IMG/VR virus record: IMGVR_UViG_3300027881_000013
Span: 1 to 62,438 of that record
Strand: one strand, 5' to 3'
Length of the DNA: 62,438 bases
Source of the DNA: a virus
Taxonomy: Duplodnaviria; Caudoviricetes
The notes under the pieces were generated by a model, which was not told the DNA's origin, did not search any database, and saw only the letters and a list, made by a program, of their open reading frames with translations. Both the position numbers and the translations under genes were made by a program. Of the stretch, positions 44,386 to 53,451 are shown piece by piece. Position 1 is the first letter of the stretch; every line of letters starts with the position of its first letter.

Positions 44386-46803
44386 ATGGCCATCGTACCT
44401 GGTAAAAAATATGGTGATGTGAGGAAACAAGCTGATATGCCTCATGGTCTCACAGTTAATACCATTGAGGCACTTGGTGACAGGATGGAAGAATTCCTTC
44501 CTGGTCTATCAAGTAGTCAGGGGCAAGCATCTAGTCAATTCTTTAATGGTCTATTGCCAGATGGGGCTGAATTAGATCCGCGATTACAGAGAACTGCCAA
44601 TATTACTAAGCAAGCTAACTGTCCTACAGGTACAACTTTCCCAGGATTTTCTAATAATCAAAATACGCAGATGACGCCACAGCGTCCCTATCAACCTGAA
44701 TTTGAATCACCAGATAGGCAACAGTATCCTGTACACAGAATCCTCGCTAATAGATATTGGAGATTATTTTATAAACTCGATCCTGTAATTGGTAATTGTA
44801 CTGATATGTTCGCTACAATGCCCTGGTCTAATTTCCAGCTTACAGGAGAGGGGGTATCAGGCGAGATCAAAGAGGCGTTTGAAACGATGTGCCAAGAAAC
44901 GCAAGTCTTGCGTATTCTTGAGTATATGGTACGTGAGTTTTTGGTCATTGGAGAGGCTGTACCACATTGCTTCTTTGATGAAACTAAGGGTATCTGGTCT
45001 TATATTGCTCTGCATAATCCTGATCAATTAGAAGTAATAGATGCCCCATTTATAAAAATGGACCCAGTAGTTGAATTTATCCCCGATGATAGGCTACGGT
45101 CTGTATTAACGTCAAATAATAGCCTATTAAGACGTGTTCGTGACCAGATGCCTCCAGAGTTAATCTCGAGGCTAGTTGCACGTCAAAATATTCCACTTAG
45201 TCCCATAAATATGACCTTCATTCCACGAAGGCTCCATCCATATGATACCAGAGGCACATCTATTATTAGTCGTATGTGGCGCATCTTAATGTATGAGGAT
45301 GGAATTTATAATGCCAGCATAGCTACTGCTCGTCGGCATGCTGGACCAATCAAGGTAGCCAAACTTGGTAACCCCCAGACTGGTTGGATTCCTTCACAGG
45401 AACATGAACGCCGCTTACTCCAACTTCTTGCTCAGGCTGAGCTCGATGTCAATGCATGGTTAGTATACCACTATGGTATTAATTTTGAGATGGTTGGTAC
45501 TACTGACCGGATTATGAATATAGCCCAGCATCATGATGTAATTGAACGTATTAAACTTGTAGCCATGGGAATTAGCAAATCTTTCCTTCATGGTGAAGTT
45601 ACTTATGCATCTTCAGTTACCGGTCTTTCAGTCTTCTTACAAAGACTGCGGGCTATGCGTGATTTCTTTGTTAATACCTGGTTATTACCTAAATTCTTTA
45701 AACCGATCGCTCAGATTAATGGTTGGGTAAAACGAGATAAGGGTGAAATTAATCATAGATATAGAATTAAGAGATCCCAGAAGCAGATAGAAGCAGAGAA
45801 TCGTTGGATTATTCCTAAGATTGAGTGGGAAAAACAATTAGACCATACTATTAACTCAGAGCTAGTAACTGCCATGCAGTCGCTCGAGCAAATGGGAATT
45901 AAGTTCTCTAAGACAACTAAGTATGCTGCTGTTGGTAAAAAATTTGAAGATGAGATTAATAAGATTGCTGAAGAGCAAGAATTAGAAAATACAATGAAGC
46001 ATTATGTTAAAGATGAACCACCTTCTGGTGATGAGGCAGGTGGAGCAAAACCACCCATACCTGGTGGTGGTGGGATGGGTGTAAAACCGACTGCACCAAG
46101 ATCTCCGCCTGCTGGTATGCCTGGTGGCGGTGGTATGCCTGGTACTACTCCTGGCAACACAGGTCCAACCCCCGGTGGGCCTGGTGGTATGGGTACACCA
46201 CCTCCTGGTGGTGGAATGATGGGAAATTCTGATAAGGATGCTGATGGTGGTGGTACAGGACCATCTGGTAGGAAAGATCCAGCAATTATAGATGCCGACT
46301 CTGATATTTATGATCAAAAGGGAAGACTTAATAAAGGAACACAACCTATTTGGGGTGCATCAGAAATTGAAGAATTAAAAGAATTATTATTAAATGGTAA
46401 CACTAAATCACCATTCTGGGAAGAAATAAATGGTCCGGAATTAAGTTCTGCCATTGCAGCCTCTGATACAGATGAGGTAATGGAAATCATAGCTAGACAT
46501 GCAATGGACTATGGCTATGTTATGTCTGATATTAAACTTTTAGAAAAAGCATTGGAAAAGGAGGGAATATTTGCTCAAATAGCTACAGGTGATACTGCTT
46601 TAATTAAAATAGAAGAGCAGATGCCTGATGATACTGGTTCGCTTAACGATGCTACCATGATGGATAGAATGTCTTCTTACATCGATGGCAGTACGCCTGA
46701 AATAGTAACATTAAACAAGTCAAGTAATCTACTGGTAGGTCATGGTAATGAGAGTGGTGAGAGTGCATTAAACGGTGATATTAGTGGTATTCTAGATAAA
46801 TAG
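44386..46803 (+). CDS. Portal protein
   Basis: Position between terminase and protease; DPVIGNCTD, REFLVIGEA, RGTSII, IKVAKLG; Gly/Pro-rich tail. Confidence 0.88.
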   Translation: MAIVPGKKYGDVRKQADMPHGLTVNTIEALGDRMEEFLPGLSSSQGQASSQFFNGLLPDGAELDPRLQRTANITKQANCPTGTTFPGFSNNQNTQMTPQRPYQPEFESPDRQQYPVHRILANRYWRLFYKLDPVIGNCTDMFATMPWSNFQLTGEGVSGEIKEAFETMCQETQVLRILEYMVREFLVIGEAVPHCFFDETKGIWSYIALHNPDQLEVIDAPFIKMDPVVEFIPDDRLRSVLTSNNSLLRRVRDQMPPELISRLVARQNIPLSPINMTFIPRRLHPYDTRGTSIISRMWRILMYEDGIYNASIATARRHAGPIKVAKLGNPQTGWIPSQEHERRLLQLLAQAELDVNAWLVYHYGINFEMVGTTDRIMNIAQHHDVIERIKLVAMGISKSFLHGEVTYASSVTGLSVFLQRLRAMRDFFVNTWLLPKFFKPIAQINGWVKRDKGEINHRYRIKRSQKQIEAENRWIIPKIEWEKQLDHTINSELVTAMQSLEQMGIKFSKTTKYAAVGKKFEDEINKIAEEQELENTMKHYVKDEPPSGDEAGGAKPPIPGGGGMGVKPTAPRSPPAGMPGGGGMPGTTPGNTGPTPGGPGGMGTPPPGGGMMGNSDKDADGGGTGPSGRKDPAIIDADSDIYDQKGRLNKGTQPIWGASEIEELKELLLNGNTKSPFWEEINGPELSSAIAASDTDEVMEIIARHAMDYGYVMSDIKLLEKALEKEGIFAQIATGDTALIKIEEQMPDDTGSLNDATMMDRMSSYIDGSTPEIVTLNKSSNLLVGHGNESGESALNGDISGILDK

Positions 46804-46846
46804 GATATATTGTAAACAGGTACAATGTTCGTTGTTAACCTTAAGC

Positions 46847-46878
46847 TATTACTGACAAAACCTTAACTATGAGTATTT
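46847..46878 (+). promoter_or_regulatory. Putative late promoter TATTACTG-N16-GAGTATTT
   Basis: Upstream of protease-capsid operon; identical boxes to 2820. Confidence 0.7.
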
Positions 46879-46898
46879 AAGCATGTGAGGTAGTAAAT

Positions 46899-47027
46899 AT
46901 GTTTCATAAAACAGGTAAAACCACTACCTTAGGGGTATTGAAAAAAGACAAAGACAAAGATAAAACTGATAAAAAGCCAAAAGATAAAACTGATAATAAA
47001 GATAAGAAAGATCAAGTAAAACAATGA
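46899..47027 (+). CDS. 42-aa Lys/Asp-rich peptide (MFHKTGKTTTLGVLKKDKDK...)
   Basis: GAGG RBS; ATGA overlap with protease. Confidence 0.6.
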   Translation: MFHKTGKTTTLGVLKKDKDKDKTDKKPKDKTDNKDKKDQVKQ

Positions 47028-49744
47028 CGTTTATTAAGACTGCAGCAGTCCAGACTATTGCTGTCGCTGTGTTTGAGGACAACAGACTAACAAAGTCTGC
47101 TGCCTATGACGAAGATAGCACTAGTGAGTTTCTTAATGAACGTAAACCCATTGATATTAAAGCCGCGTTAGAGATCGTAGCTTCTGAATACGATATCTCA
47201 AGTAATCCCTCAGATTATATTTTTGAAGCAATTAGAGGGAACACAGCTAATGTACCTAATGAAAATAAAGACGCTTTCCATAAACATGAATTATTAAGAT
47301 TTGATGGTCGTTTAGGTAAGCAAGTCTATCGTACCTACGAAAACAAGCCCCACCACATTAACCATAGAGCGGAAAACCCCAAGAATGCTAGGGGTTTTAT
47401 TGTTGATGCTCATTATAATGACTCAACTCCTGCACTCGATGAATGTTCAAATCCAAATTGTGGCAATAAAACTGCTTCTGAAGAGGAACGAGATCCTGAA
47501 ACTGGCATTCACTGCAGAAAGTGTGGTGAGGTAGTTAAAGATGAATTCGTTGAGCTTCTTGTTGCAATAGATACTAAGAAAGATCCGACATTCGCTCGAG
47601 GCGTACAGGCTGGGATCCTTAAACATGGATCTATGGGCTGTTCATGCCTACGTACGAGATGTAATGTTTGTAATAAAGTTGCCTATAGTAGAAACGAATT
47701 TTGTGATCATATTAAAAATAAAGGTAAAGCTTACGATGAATCCGAACCTGGATTCAATCCTATTGCCTTTGTAATTGAGTATGGGAAAGACAAAACTGCT
47801 AAGGTAGCTAAGAAGATCGCCAAAGCCTATGAGTGGTGTGAAGGTGTCATCTACGACGAATATAGTCGTGTACATGACCCAGCAGATACAAAAGCTGAGC
47901 AATATGAAATTCTTCAGCTAAGTGCGAAGGTTGCTCAGTTAACTAGCGAAGATCAGCTGCAAAATGAATCTGACATACTAATACTTAGTCAAAAGGTAGC
48001 CGATCTCGAGAGGCGGGTGGGGGAGAAACTAAGCAAGGTAGCTCAGGCTACGCCTGAAATACCTGCCATGCCTCCCCCACCGCCTGGCTTACCTGGTCCA
48101 GGTTCTGCTGCACCAGGTCCCGTTGCGCCAGGTTTAGAGGATCCAACGTTAGGCTTAGAGGGTCCTCCACCTGAAGAAGATAAGAGTGAGGGTGGAGTAA
48201 CCGTCATTATAAATGCTGGGCCAGAAGGTGTAGAAGTCGAATCTCCCCAGCTTGAAGAAACAGCACTTGATAATAAGTCTATTGATGACTTACTGCCGGA
48301 AGATGTGAACGCCACACCTGCTGGTGTTGGTGAGATGATGTCACCAGCTGCTATGGGGCTTGAAGAGGGTCCTAAGGCTGTTCCGCCTAAACTTGGAAAT
48401 AAAGAAACCTCTGGAGGTTCCCCGATGCTTCGTTTTGCAGAGTCATACAAGCATTTAAAGGCGGAGATTACTAGCGCTGGTAATGTTCGCGTTTTTGATG
48501 CTGACGGTACCTTATTTGTTGTTAAGCCCGATAGTGTTGATACTAGCAAGGTTGCCAGTGTTGAGCCAGAGGATCTGGCTAAGAACGTTCTTACCACAAT
48601 CGCTCAGTATGGTGTTGGTACCGCTATCAATATGACCAGGGCTATTGTTGGTCCGCGTCTTGCTCAAGTCTTACAGTATTATCATGACGATATGACCGGT
48701 GTTGATCGTGGTGAGCCCACCGCACCAGTTTCTGGTGACGGCGATACAGATGCTAAGGATAAGCCTGCATCGCCTGACGATTCAGTTACTGCTGGTGGTG
48801 CTGACTCTGATCGTAAAGATGAATATGATAATACTGTCACGCTCAAGGACGATGCACTAAGTGATCGTGACTCCGATCTTGAAGATGAGCAAAACGATCG
48901 AGATCCTAATAGTCTGTCTACTGGTGATGATGAGGATTCTGACATGAAAGAAAAGCGTAAGGACTGGAGTTTGAGTCAGAGCGCTGTTGATGATGTCAGT
49001 ACCGATATGAAGAATGCTGCTAAGGACAAGAAGGACAAGAAGGACAAGGATTGTAAGAAATGCAAGTGTGATCCTTGCAAGTGTGATAAAGAGAAGAAGG
49101 CTGAAGCTTACGATATCAAGCAGCATGCTTCTAGAATCGAAACTCTCTATAAGGGTCGATTAGCTCAGAAGGTTGCAGAGCTTGAGGATGAGAAGAAGCA
49201 GTTCGTTAGTAATATGGCTGACAGGTTCGCCAGAGCCATCAAGCTCGTAGCTAAGCGGCAAGCTCTCAATCTCGAGTATTCTCCGATGAAGACTGCGATG
49301 GGTATTGCTCTCTGTAATCCTATGCCACTTGGTGAGGGTTATGAATACGCACCCATGGATCAGAAAACTGCAGTTTCTGTTGTAGAGGCCGCATTTACTA
49401 GTCCAATTATCGAGGGTACTGATAAGCCAGCTTGGGAAGCTTTTGTTGATGGTCTTATCGAACGTGCTGGTTCGGTTATGGAGTGGAATGATGAGACCTT
49501 AATGCAGGTTGAGGCAGACTTAGGTAATATTAAGACTGCTGCGGTTCCTTTGGATGAGTCCGCTATCGCAGTAGAAACTACTGGTAATGTGCAACTTCGG
49601 CAGGCTATGGCCAATGGTAATCTTCAGTTGAATCCGACTGAAGATGCTGGGCCAAAGACTGAGGCTGCTGGTGATAAACGAACAGCCATCAGAGATGCTG
49701 TAGGTGTAACGAAGGTGGCTGGTTTAGCCAATCTTGGGAGATAG
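47024..49744 (+). CDS. Prohead protease fused to scaffold, with zinc-ribbon inserts
   Basis: NENKDAF...EL, INH, ARGFIVDA, VELL, GSMGC; acidic and coiled-coil C-terminal half; precedes capsid genes. Confidence 0.85.
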   Translation: MTFIKTAAVQTIAVAVFEDNRLTKSAAYDEDSTSEFLNERKPIDIKAALEIVASEYDISSNPSDYIFEAIRGNTANVPNENKDAFHKHELLRFDGRLGKQVYRTYENKPHHINHRAENPKNARGFIVDAHYNDSTPALDECSNPNCGNKTASEEERDPETGIHCRKCGEVVKDEFVELLVAIDTKKDPTFARGVQAGILKHGSMGCSCLRTRCNVCNKVAYSRNEFCDHIKNKGKAYDESEPGFNPIAFVIEYGKDKTAKVAKKIAKAYEWCEGVIYDEYSRVHDPADTKAEQYEILQLSAKVAQLTSEDQLQNESDILILSQKVADLERRVGEKLSKVAQATPEIPAMPPPPPGLPGPGSAAPGPVAPGLEDPTLGLEGPPPEEDKSEGGVTVIINAGPEGVEVESPQLEETALDNKSIDDLLPEDVNATPAGVGEMMSPAAMGLEEGPKAVPPKLGNKETSGGSPMLRFAESYKHLKAEITSAGNVRVFDADGTLFVVKPDSVDTSKVASVEPEDLAKNVLTTIAQYGVGTAINMTRAIVGPRLAQVLQYYHDDMTGVDRGEPTAPVSGDGDTDAKDKPASPDDSVTAGGADSDRKDEYDNTVTLKDDALSDRDSDLEDEQNDRDPNSLSTGDDEDSDMKEKRKDWSLSQSAVDDVSTDMKNAAKDKKDKKDKDCKKCKCDPCKCDKEKKAEAYDIKQHASRIETLYKGRLAQKVAELEDEKKQFVSNMADRFARAIKLVAKRQALNLEYSPMKTAMGIALCNPMPLGEGYEYAPMDQKTAVSVVEAAFTSPIIEGTDKPAWEAFVDGLIERAGSVMEWNDETLMQVEADLGNIKTAAVPLDESAIAVETTGNVQLRQAMANGNLQLNPTEDAGPKTEAAGDKRTAIRDAVGVTKVAGLANLGR

Positions 49745-49792
49745 GGACGGGGGCGTTCCCCCCCACAACAAACTACCAATTGGAGGTAGAAA

Positions 49793-50587
49793 ATGGGTTC
49801 TGTAGGTTTAGATAGCCCCCGTCTTGGGGCGTTCCAGTCGGATGTTTTTCCGCGAGGAATGGATCTCGGTCGTTGTGTTATTCTTCAAGATGTCGGCGTC
49901 TATCGTGCAGCTGATGCTGCCGATTTTGAGCAGGGCATGTTGGTGGCACAGGATGCAACTGGTAACTTGATCAAGGCTGTAAGTAAGCATGTACTTGGCG
50001 TTGCTAAGTGGAACAAGACTAGTGTCTATACTGCTGCGGTGGTTGATGAAGTTATCAGCTTCCCCACGGTTACTGCCACTGTAGAACTTGCTCACGCGAC
50101 GGTAAGTAATCTCAAGGCTAATACCGCTGCCGATCAGGGTGGTTCTGCGTTAGCAGTAACCACTGATTATACGCTGAACGCTACCAATGGTACGATGACG
50201 CGTGTTGATCCCGGTGGTGGTGGTCTCATAGTTGGCGCGGCCACCTATGTTTCTTACACCTACGATCTGGCTACCAGAGATCTGGATTTCCAGGGTCGTA
50301 ACTTCTTCAATTTCACGGATGATGTTAGTATCGCCGATGGCAGAATCACGGTTGTTACCGACGCCTCGATTCTGTTTACGTCGATGTATGACACTTCCCA
50401 AAACAATTACGCTCTTACTGGTACTGGTAAGAACCTGTATTGTGGTGGTAACACCGCAGCGCTCGCAGGTCTTTTCACTACCGATAGTGGCGAGGGTGAT
50501 TTTGTCGGTCACGTGATGCAGCTGCCAACCGCTGATGACCCGTTCCTCGGCGTACGTCTTGGTGGCGATCCTGTTGCCGTAACCTGA
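49793..50587 (+). CDS. Head decoration / cement protein
   Basis: Between scaffold and MCP; GRITV...T.MYDTS, C-terminal PTADDPFLGV. Confidence 0.75.
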   Translation: MGSVGLDSPRLGAFQSDVFPRGMDLGRCVILQDVGVYRAADAADFEQGMLVAQDATGNLIKAVSKHVLGVAKWNKTSVYTAAVVDEVISFPTVTATVELAHATVSNLKANTAADQGGSALAVTTDYTLNATNGTMTRVDPGGGGLIVGAATYVSYTYDLATRDLDFQGRNFFNFTDDVSIADGRITVVTDASILFTSMYDTSQNNYALTGTGKNLYCGGNTAALAGLFTTDSGEGDFVGHVMQLPTADDPFLGVRLGGDPVAVT

Positions 50588-50600
50588 TAGCCCAGCAATG

Positions 50601-50626
50601 AGGGGCGGGGAAACTCGCCCCTCTTT
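50601..50626 (+). terminator. GC-rich hairpin between decoration and capsid genes
   Basis: GAGGGGCGGG-AAA-CTCGCCCCTC-TTT. Confidence 0.5.
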
Positions 50627-50663
50627 AAGGTAGATAAAAGAAACGTTAAATTAGGAGAAAAGA

Positions 50664-51872
50664 ATGAGCGTAGTCAACCCTTATAAGCGCCTTGCTGCGG
50701 CTGGGGCCGAGACGCCTCCGCCTAAGGGCGTGGAAACCCCAACCATCGAGCGTCATGCTAGCAAGCAAGATGAGCAGCACTTTGATGCTGATGGTAAGTT
50801 TAACCCCACCGCATATGCTGGTGAGGTTACTCGTGACGGCGTACGTCAGGCAGTGGGTAACACCAATCTGTCGAATCGTATGTTCGATAAGACCGGCGAA
50901 GTCAACGCCTATGACGACAAGGATGCTTTGCAGCAGGTAGCGTATCTGCTTCAAAATGTCACTCGTAAGGCGTCTCCGGGCACCTTCTATCGTGAAGCTT
51001 CGAATCAGATGGATGCGGAAGATCGCCGCAAGGTTCTCGCTGCGGCGATGACCGATCCTACTGGTGAAGGTTTCGCGATTGTTGGCCAGGAGCTCTTGCT
51101 TCCGATCAAGGACATCGTGGATTACGAGGGCTGGGCTCGTAAGCTTTACCGCGTACGTCCCTTGGCTCAGGGTGAGCTTTTCCGCATCGCGAAGGACGTC
51201 CGCGCTACCGCATGGGTAGTCGGTCAGGATGGTCAGTCCATTGAGTCCAGACTCCATGGTCGGTTCATTCAGCCTTCGGAGTTCAAGGTAACCGCATTCC
51301 CCACCGTGGACATCGAGGACATCTATCAGATGAACTACGATGTTCTCGATCGCGCTCAGGACACTGCTCGGCAGGAGATTGAGCTCGAAGAGGACAAGCG
51401 TGGCCTCGCGCTTCTGGATAGAGCGGCGCAGACTGTCAATGCGGAAACCATCTTCACTACGCTGGGCATCTCGGCGTTTGAGGATGTTCGCTTCCAGGTT
51501 GAGCGTCATCGCCTCATGGTTGAGAAGTTCTTTATCAACCGTGCCGAGCTTTCTGATGTCGTGAAGACGATGAGTGCGGCTGTTGATCCGGTAACCGAGC
51601 GCGAGTTAATCCTCGCCGGTTATATCGGCAACATCCTCAATGCTCAGATCATCACTGCGGCTGGTACCGGTGTTGAGGAAGTCGTACCTGCGGGTACCTT
51701 CTACGCCGTCACCGGCAGTGAGTACCTCGGCGAGATGGGCGTACGTGTTGAGCTCTTCAGTGAGCCCTTCAACATGTTCAGCCATCGTCGCCTGGTCAAG
51801 GGATGGGCATTTGGCGAGATCATCGGCTTCGGTATTCCGAACCCGAGAGCGGCAGCCAAGGGCCGGAAGTAG
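50664..51872 (+). CDS. Major capsid protein (HK97 fold)
   Basis: Synteny; PIKDIVDYEGWARKL...LAQGEL...DIYQMNYDVLDRAQD...EED; ends EIIGFGIPNPRAAAKG; strongly biased codons. Confidence 0.9.
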   Translation: MSVVNPYKRLAAAGAETPPPKGVETPTIERHASKQDEQHFDADGKFNPTAYAGEVTRDGVRQAVGNTNLSNRMFDKTGEVNAYDDKDALQQVAYLLQNVTRKASPGTFYREASNQMDAEDRRKVLAAAMTDPTGEGFAIVGQELLLPIKDIVDYEGWARKLYRVRPLAQGELFRIAKDVRATAWVVGQDGQSIESRLHGRFIQPSEFKVTAFPTVDIEDIYQMNYDVLDRAQDTARQEIELEEDKRGLALLDRAAQTVNAETIFTTLGISAFEDVRFQVERHRLMVEKFFINRAELSDVVKTMSAAVDPVTERELILAGYIGNILNAQIITAAGTGVEEVVPAGTFYAVTGSEYLGEMGVRVELFSEPFNMFSHRRLVKGWAFGEIIGFGIPNPRAAAKGRK

Positions 51873-51893
51873 TAACTAGCCTTCTAGGCATCT

Positions 51894-51933
51894 AGCCCGG
51901 TAGATCAGTTCCACCACTGGTCTACCGGGCTTT
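51894..51933 (+). terminator. Intrinsic terminator after MCP
   Basis: AGCCCGGTAGATCAG/CTGGTCTACCGGGCT stem then TTT. Confidence 0.7.
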
Positions 51934-52075
51934 ACCTCTGTTTAACAGATTTACCTCTGTTTAACAGAGAGGTCGCAAATGCGGCAAATAAACTGTTCCT
52001 TCTAACATGGTGTTAGAACAGAACATGGTGGGTTAAATTCCCGCATCCTCGGCAAGGATGCAAATGGATTGAGGG
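51931..52075 (+). ncRNA. Multi-hairpin RNA upstream of RRXRR-domain gene
   Basis: 19-nt tandem duplication 51931-51968, then hairpins GTCGC/GCGGC, TTCTAACA/TGTTAGAA, GTGGG-TTAAATT-CCCGC, GCATCCT/AGGATGC. Confidence 0.45.
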
Positions 52076-52087
52076 ACTGCTCTGTGT

Positions 52088-53038
52088 ATGGGCAAGCCAT
52101 CTCAGGATGTGGTATTGGTAGTAGATTCCGAGAAGAGATTCTTGGAGTACATCCATCCTGGAAGGGCGCGAAGGCTGTTAAGAGAGAAGAAAGCCAAAAT
52201 TCACTCGAGGCGACCCTTTGCAATTATGCTCTTCAAGACAGTATCGGCCTCCTCAATCAGGAGAAGAAAAGTTATGCCAATTCCTAGAAACTTCACTGAA
52301 TTCTTCAAAGAAGAGCGAGACATTTACGTACAGAATCTCGCAAATGCACAAGTCTCGTGCGAATTTCCGATAGCTCCAAATCGGAATGAAGGGTTTCTGT
52401 TTTCAAATAACAGAGATCCGGTAAACCTCACACAGTTCATACCCTTTGACGCCATCAAAGCATCCATGGACTTCAGAAAGATGTTGAGTCGCCGCCCGCC
52501 GGCACTCCAACTTCTTACTGAAGAAGAGTACAATGCATATTTTGCCGGTAAGGCAAAAAATTCCAATATGATGGATACTGATGGTAAGCCGGATGTTGAT
52601 GCAGCTATTGATGCTTCTGAGGAGCGTCGTCGTCGTACCTCTGATAGAAACATGCGGGAGCCAGTTGCTGCTAGTGCCCCAGAACCCATTCATGAGGTTA
52701 TTGAGAAGGGTTCTGGTCCTGGTGGTGCTGCTCGTTTTGGTGAAAGAAATCGCGTAGCGCATAATGACGTTGTTGGTGAGGATGAGGTTATTAATCCTCG
52801 AGTGCTTCACTTCTGTAATCAGGTTAAGGCTGAGATTGAAGAATCTGAGCGTATGCCTGCTGCTGAACTGTTAGAATCGCTGCAGGACATTCCTGATCTG
52901 GGTCTTGATGATTTTGAGCATATTCGAGCTCATGCGTATTACAAGACTGTAAAGAAGTGGGCCCAAAAGCAAGCGGCAGAGTTGGTCTCTCATGAGATGG
53001 ATGATGAAGCTGAAGAGGCGTCTATCGCACAGGACTAA
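52088..53038 (+). CDS. RRXRR (IscB PLMP-type) domain fused to virion-type protein; internal start at 52274
   Basis: VLVVDSEKRFLEYIHPGRARRLLREKKAKIHSRRPFAIML; second RBS AGGAG before MPIPRNF. Confidence 0.75.
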   Translation: MGKPSQDVVLVVDSEKRFLEYIHPGRARRLLREKKAKIHSRRPFAIMLFKTVSASSIRRRKVMPIPRNFTEFFKEERDIYVQNLANAQVSCEFPIAPNRNEGFLFSNNRDPVNLTQFIPFDAIKASMDFRKMLSRRPPALQLLTEEEYNAYFAGKAKNSNMMDTDGKPDVDAAIDASEERRRRTSDRNMREPVAASAPEPIHEVIEKGSGPGGAARFGERNRVAHNDVVGEDEVINPRVLHFCNQVKAEIEESERMPAAELLESLQDIPDLGLDDFEHIRAHAYYKTVKKWAQKQAAELVSHEMDDEAEEASIAQD

Positions 53039-53042
53039 ATGA

Positions 53043-53450
53043 ATGAACGTTGAACATCTATTAGTAGCTAGGAAACTAGTATTAGCTGCAAATGGTGGTA
53101 CAGCCACTCTTGCATTAGAGGCTGGAACACCATACCGCCATTATTGTGCGTGGCTAGTTGTTGATGCTTTTGGTCTTACTACTGATACACCAGATGTAGA
53201 TGTTCAACCAAAATTCGGTGGCGAAGTCGATGGTGCTGTCGTTAACGTTACTGATAGAGTTCCAACTAAAGTTTTTCAGGTAATAGTGGAAGAGATTAGA
53301 CCTCCTACGAGGGGATACGTTAAGCATCCCAATGACGCATCCCCTCCTCTTCCTCTTAAGTCTGAACTTGAAATTACTAATAGTCATCTTACCATAGAAG
53401 TACAATTAACTGTATATATGATGGCAACAGCTACTATAGGTGGTGCATAA
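53043..53450 (+). CDS. Beta-rich virion protein, tandem paralogue A
   Basis: Shares MNVEHLLVAR, GTPYRHY, EEIRPPT, LKSEL with next gene. Confidence 0.75.
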   Translation: MNVEHLLVARKLVLAANGGTATLALEAGTPYRHYCAWLVVDAFGLTTDTPDVDVQPKFGGEVDGAVVNVTDRVPTKVFQVIVEEIRPPTRGYVKHPNDASPPLPLKSELEITNSHLTIEVQLTVYMMATATIGGA

Positions 53451-53451
53451 T

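Noticed and set aside
50646-51509. 287-aa antisense ORF over MCP, and similar ones over 38739, 47024 and 1823 genes
   Set aside because: Expected from biased codon usage on the coding strand; no RBS or protein-like motifs
52088-53038. Complete IscB/IsrB nuclease or IS200/605 element
   Set aside because: Only the N-terminal PLMP-like segment is present; no RuvC, bridge-helix or HNH motifs, no transposase
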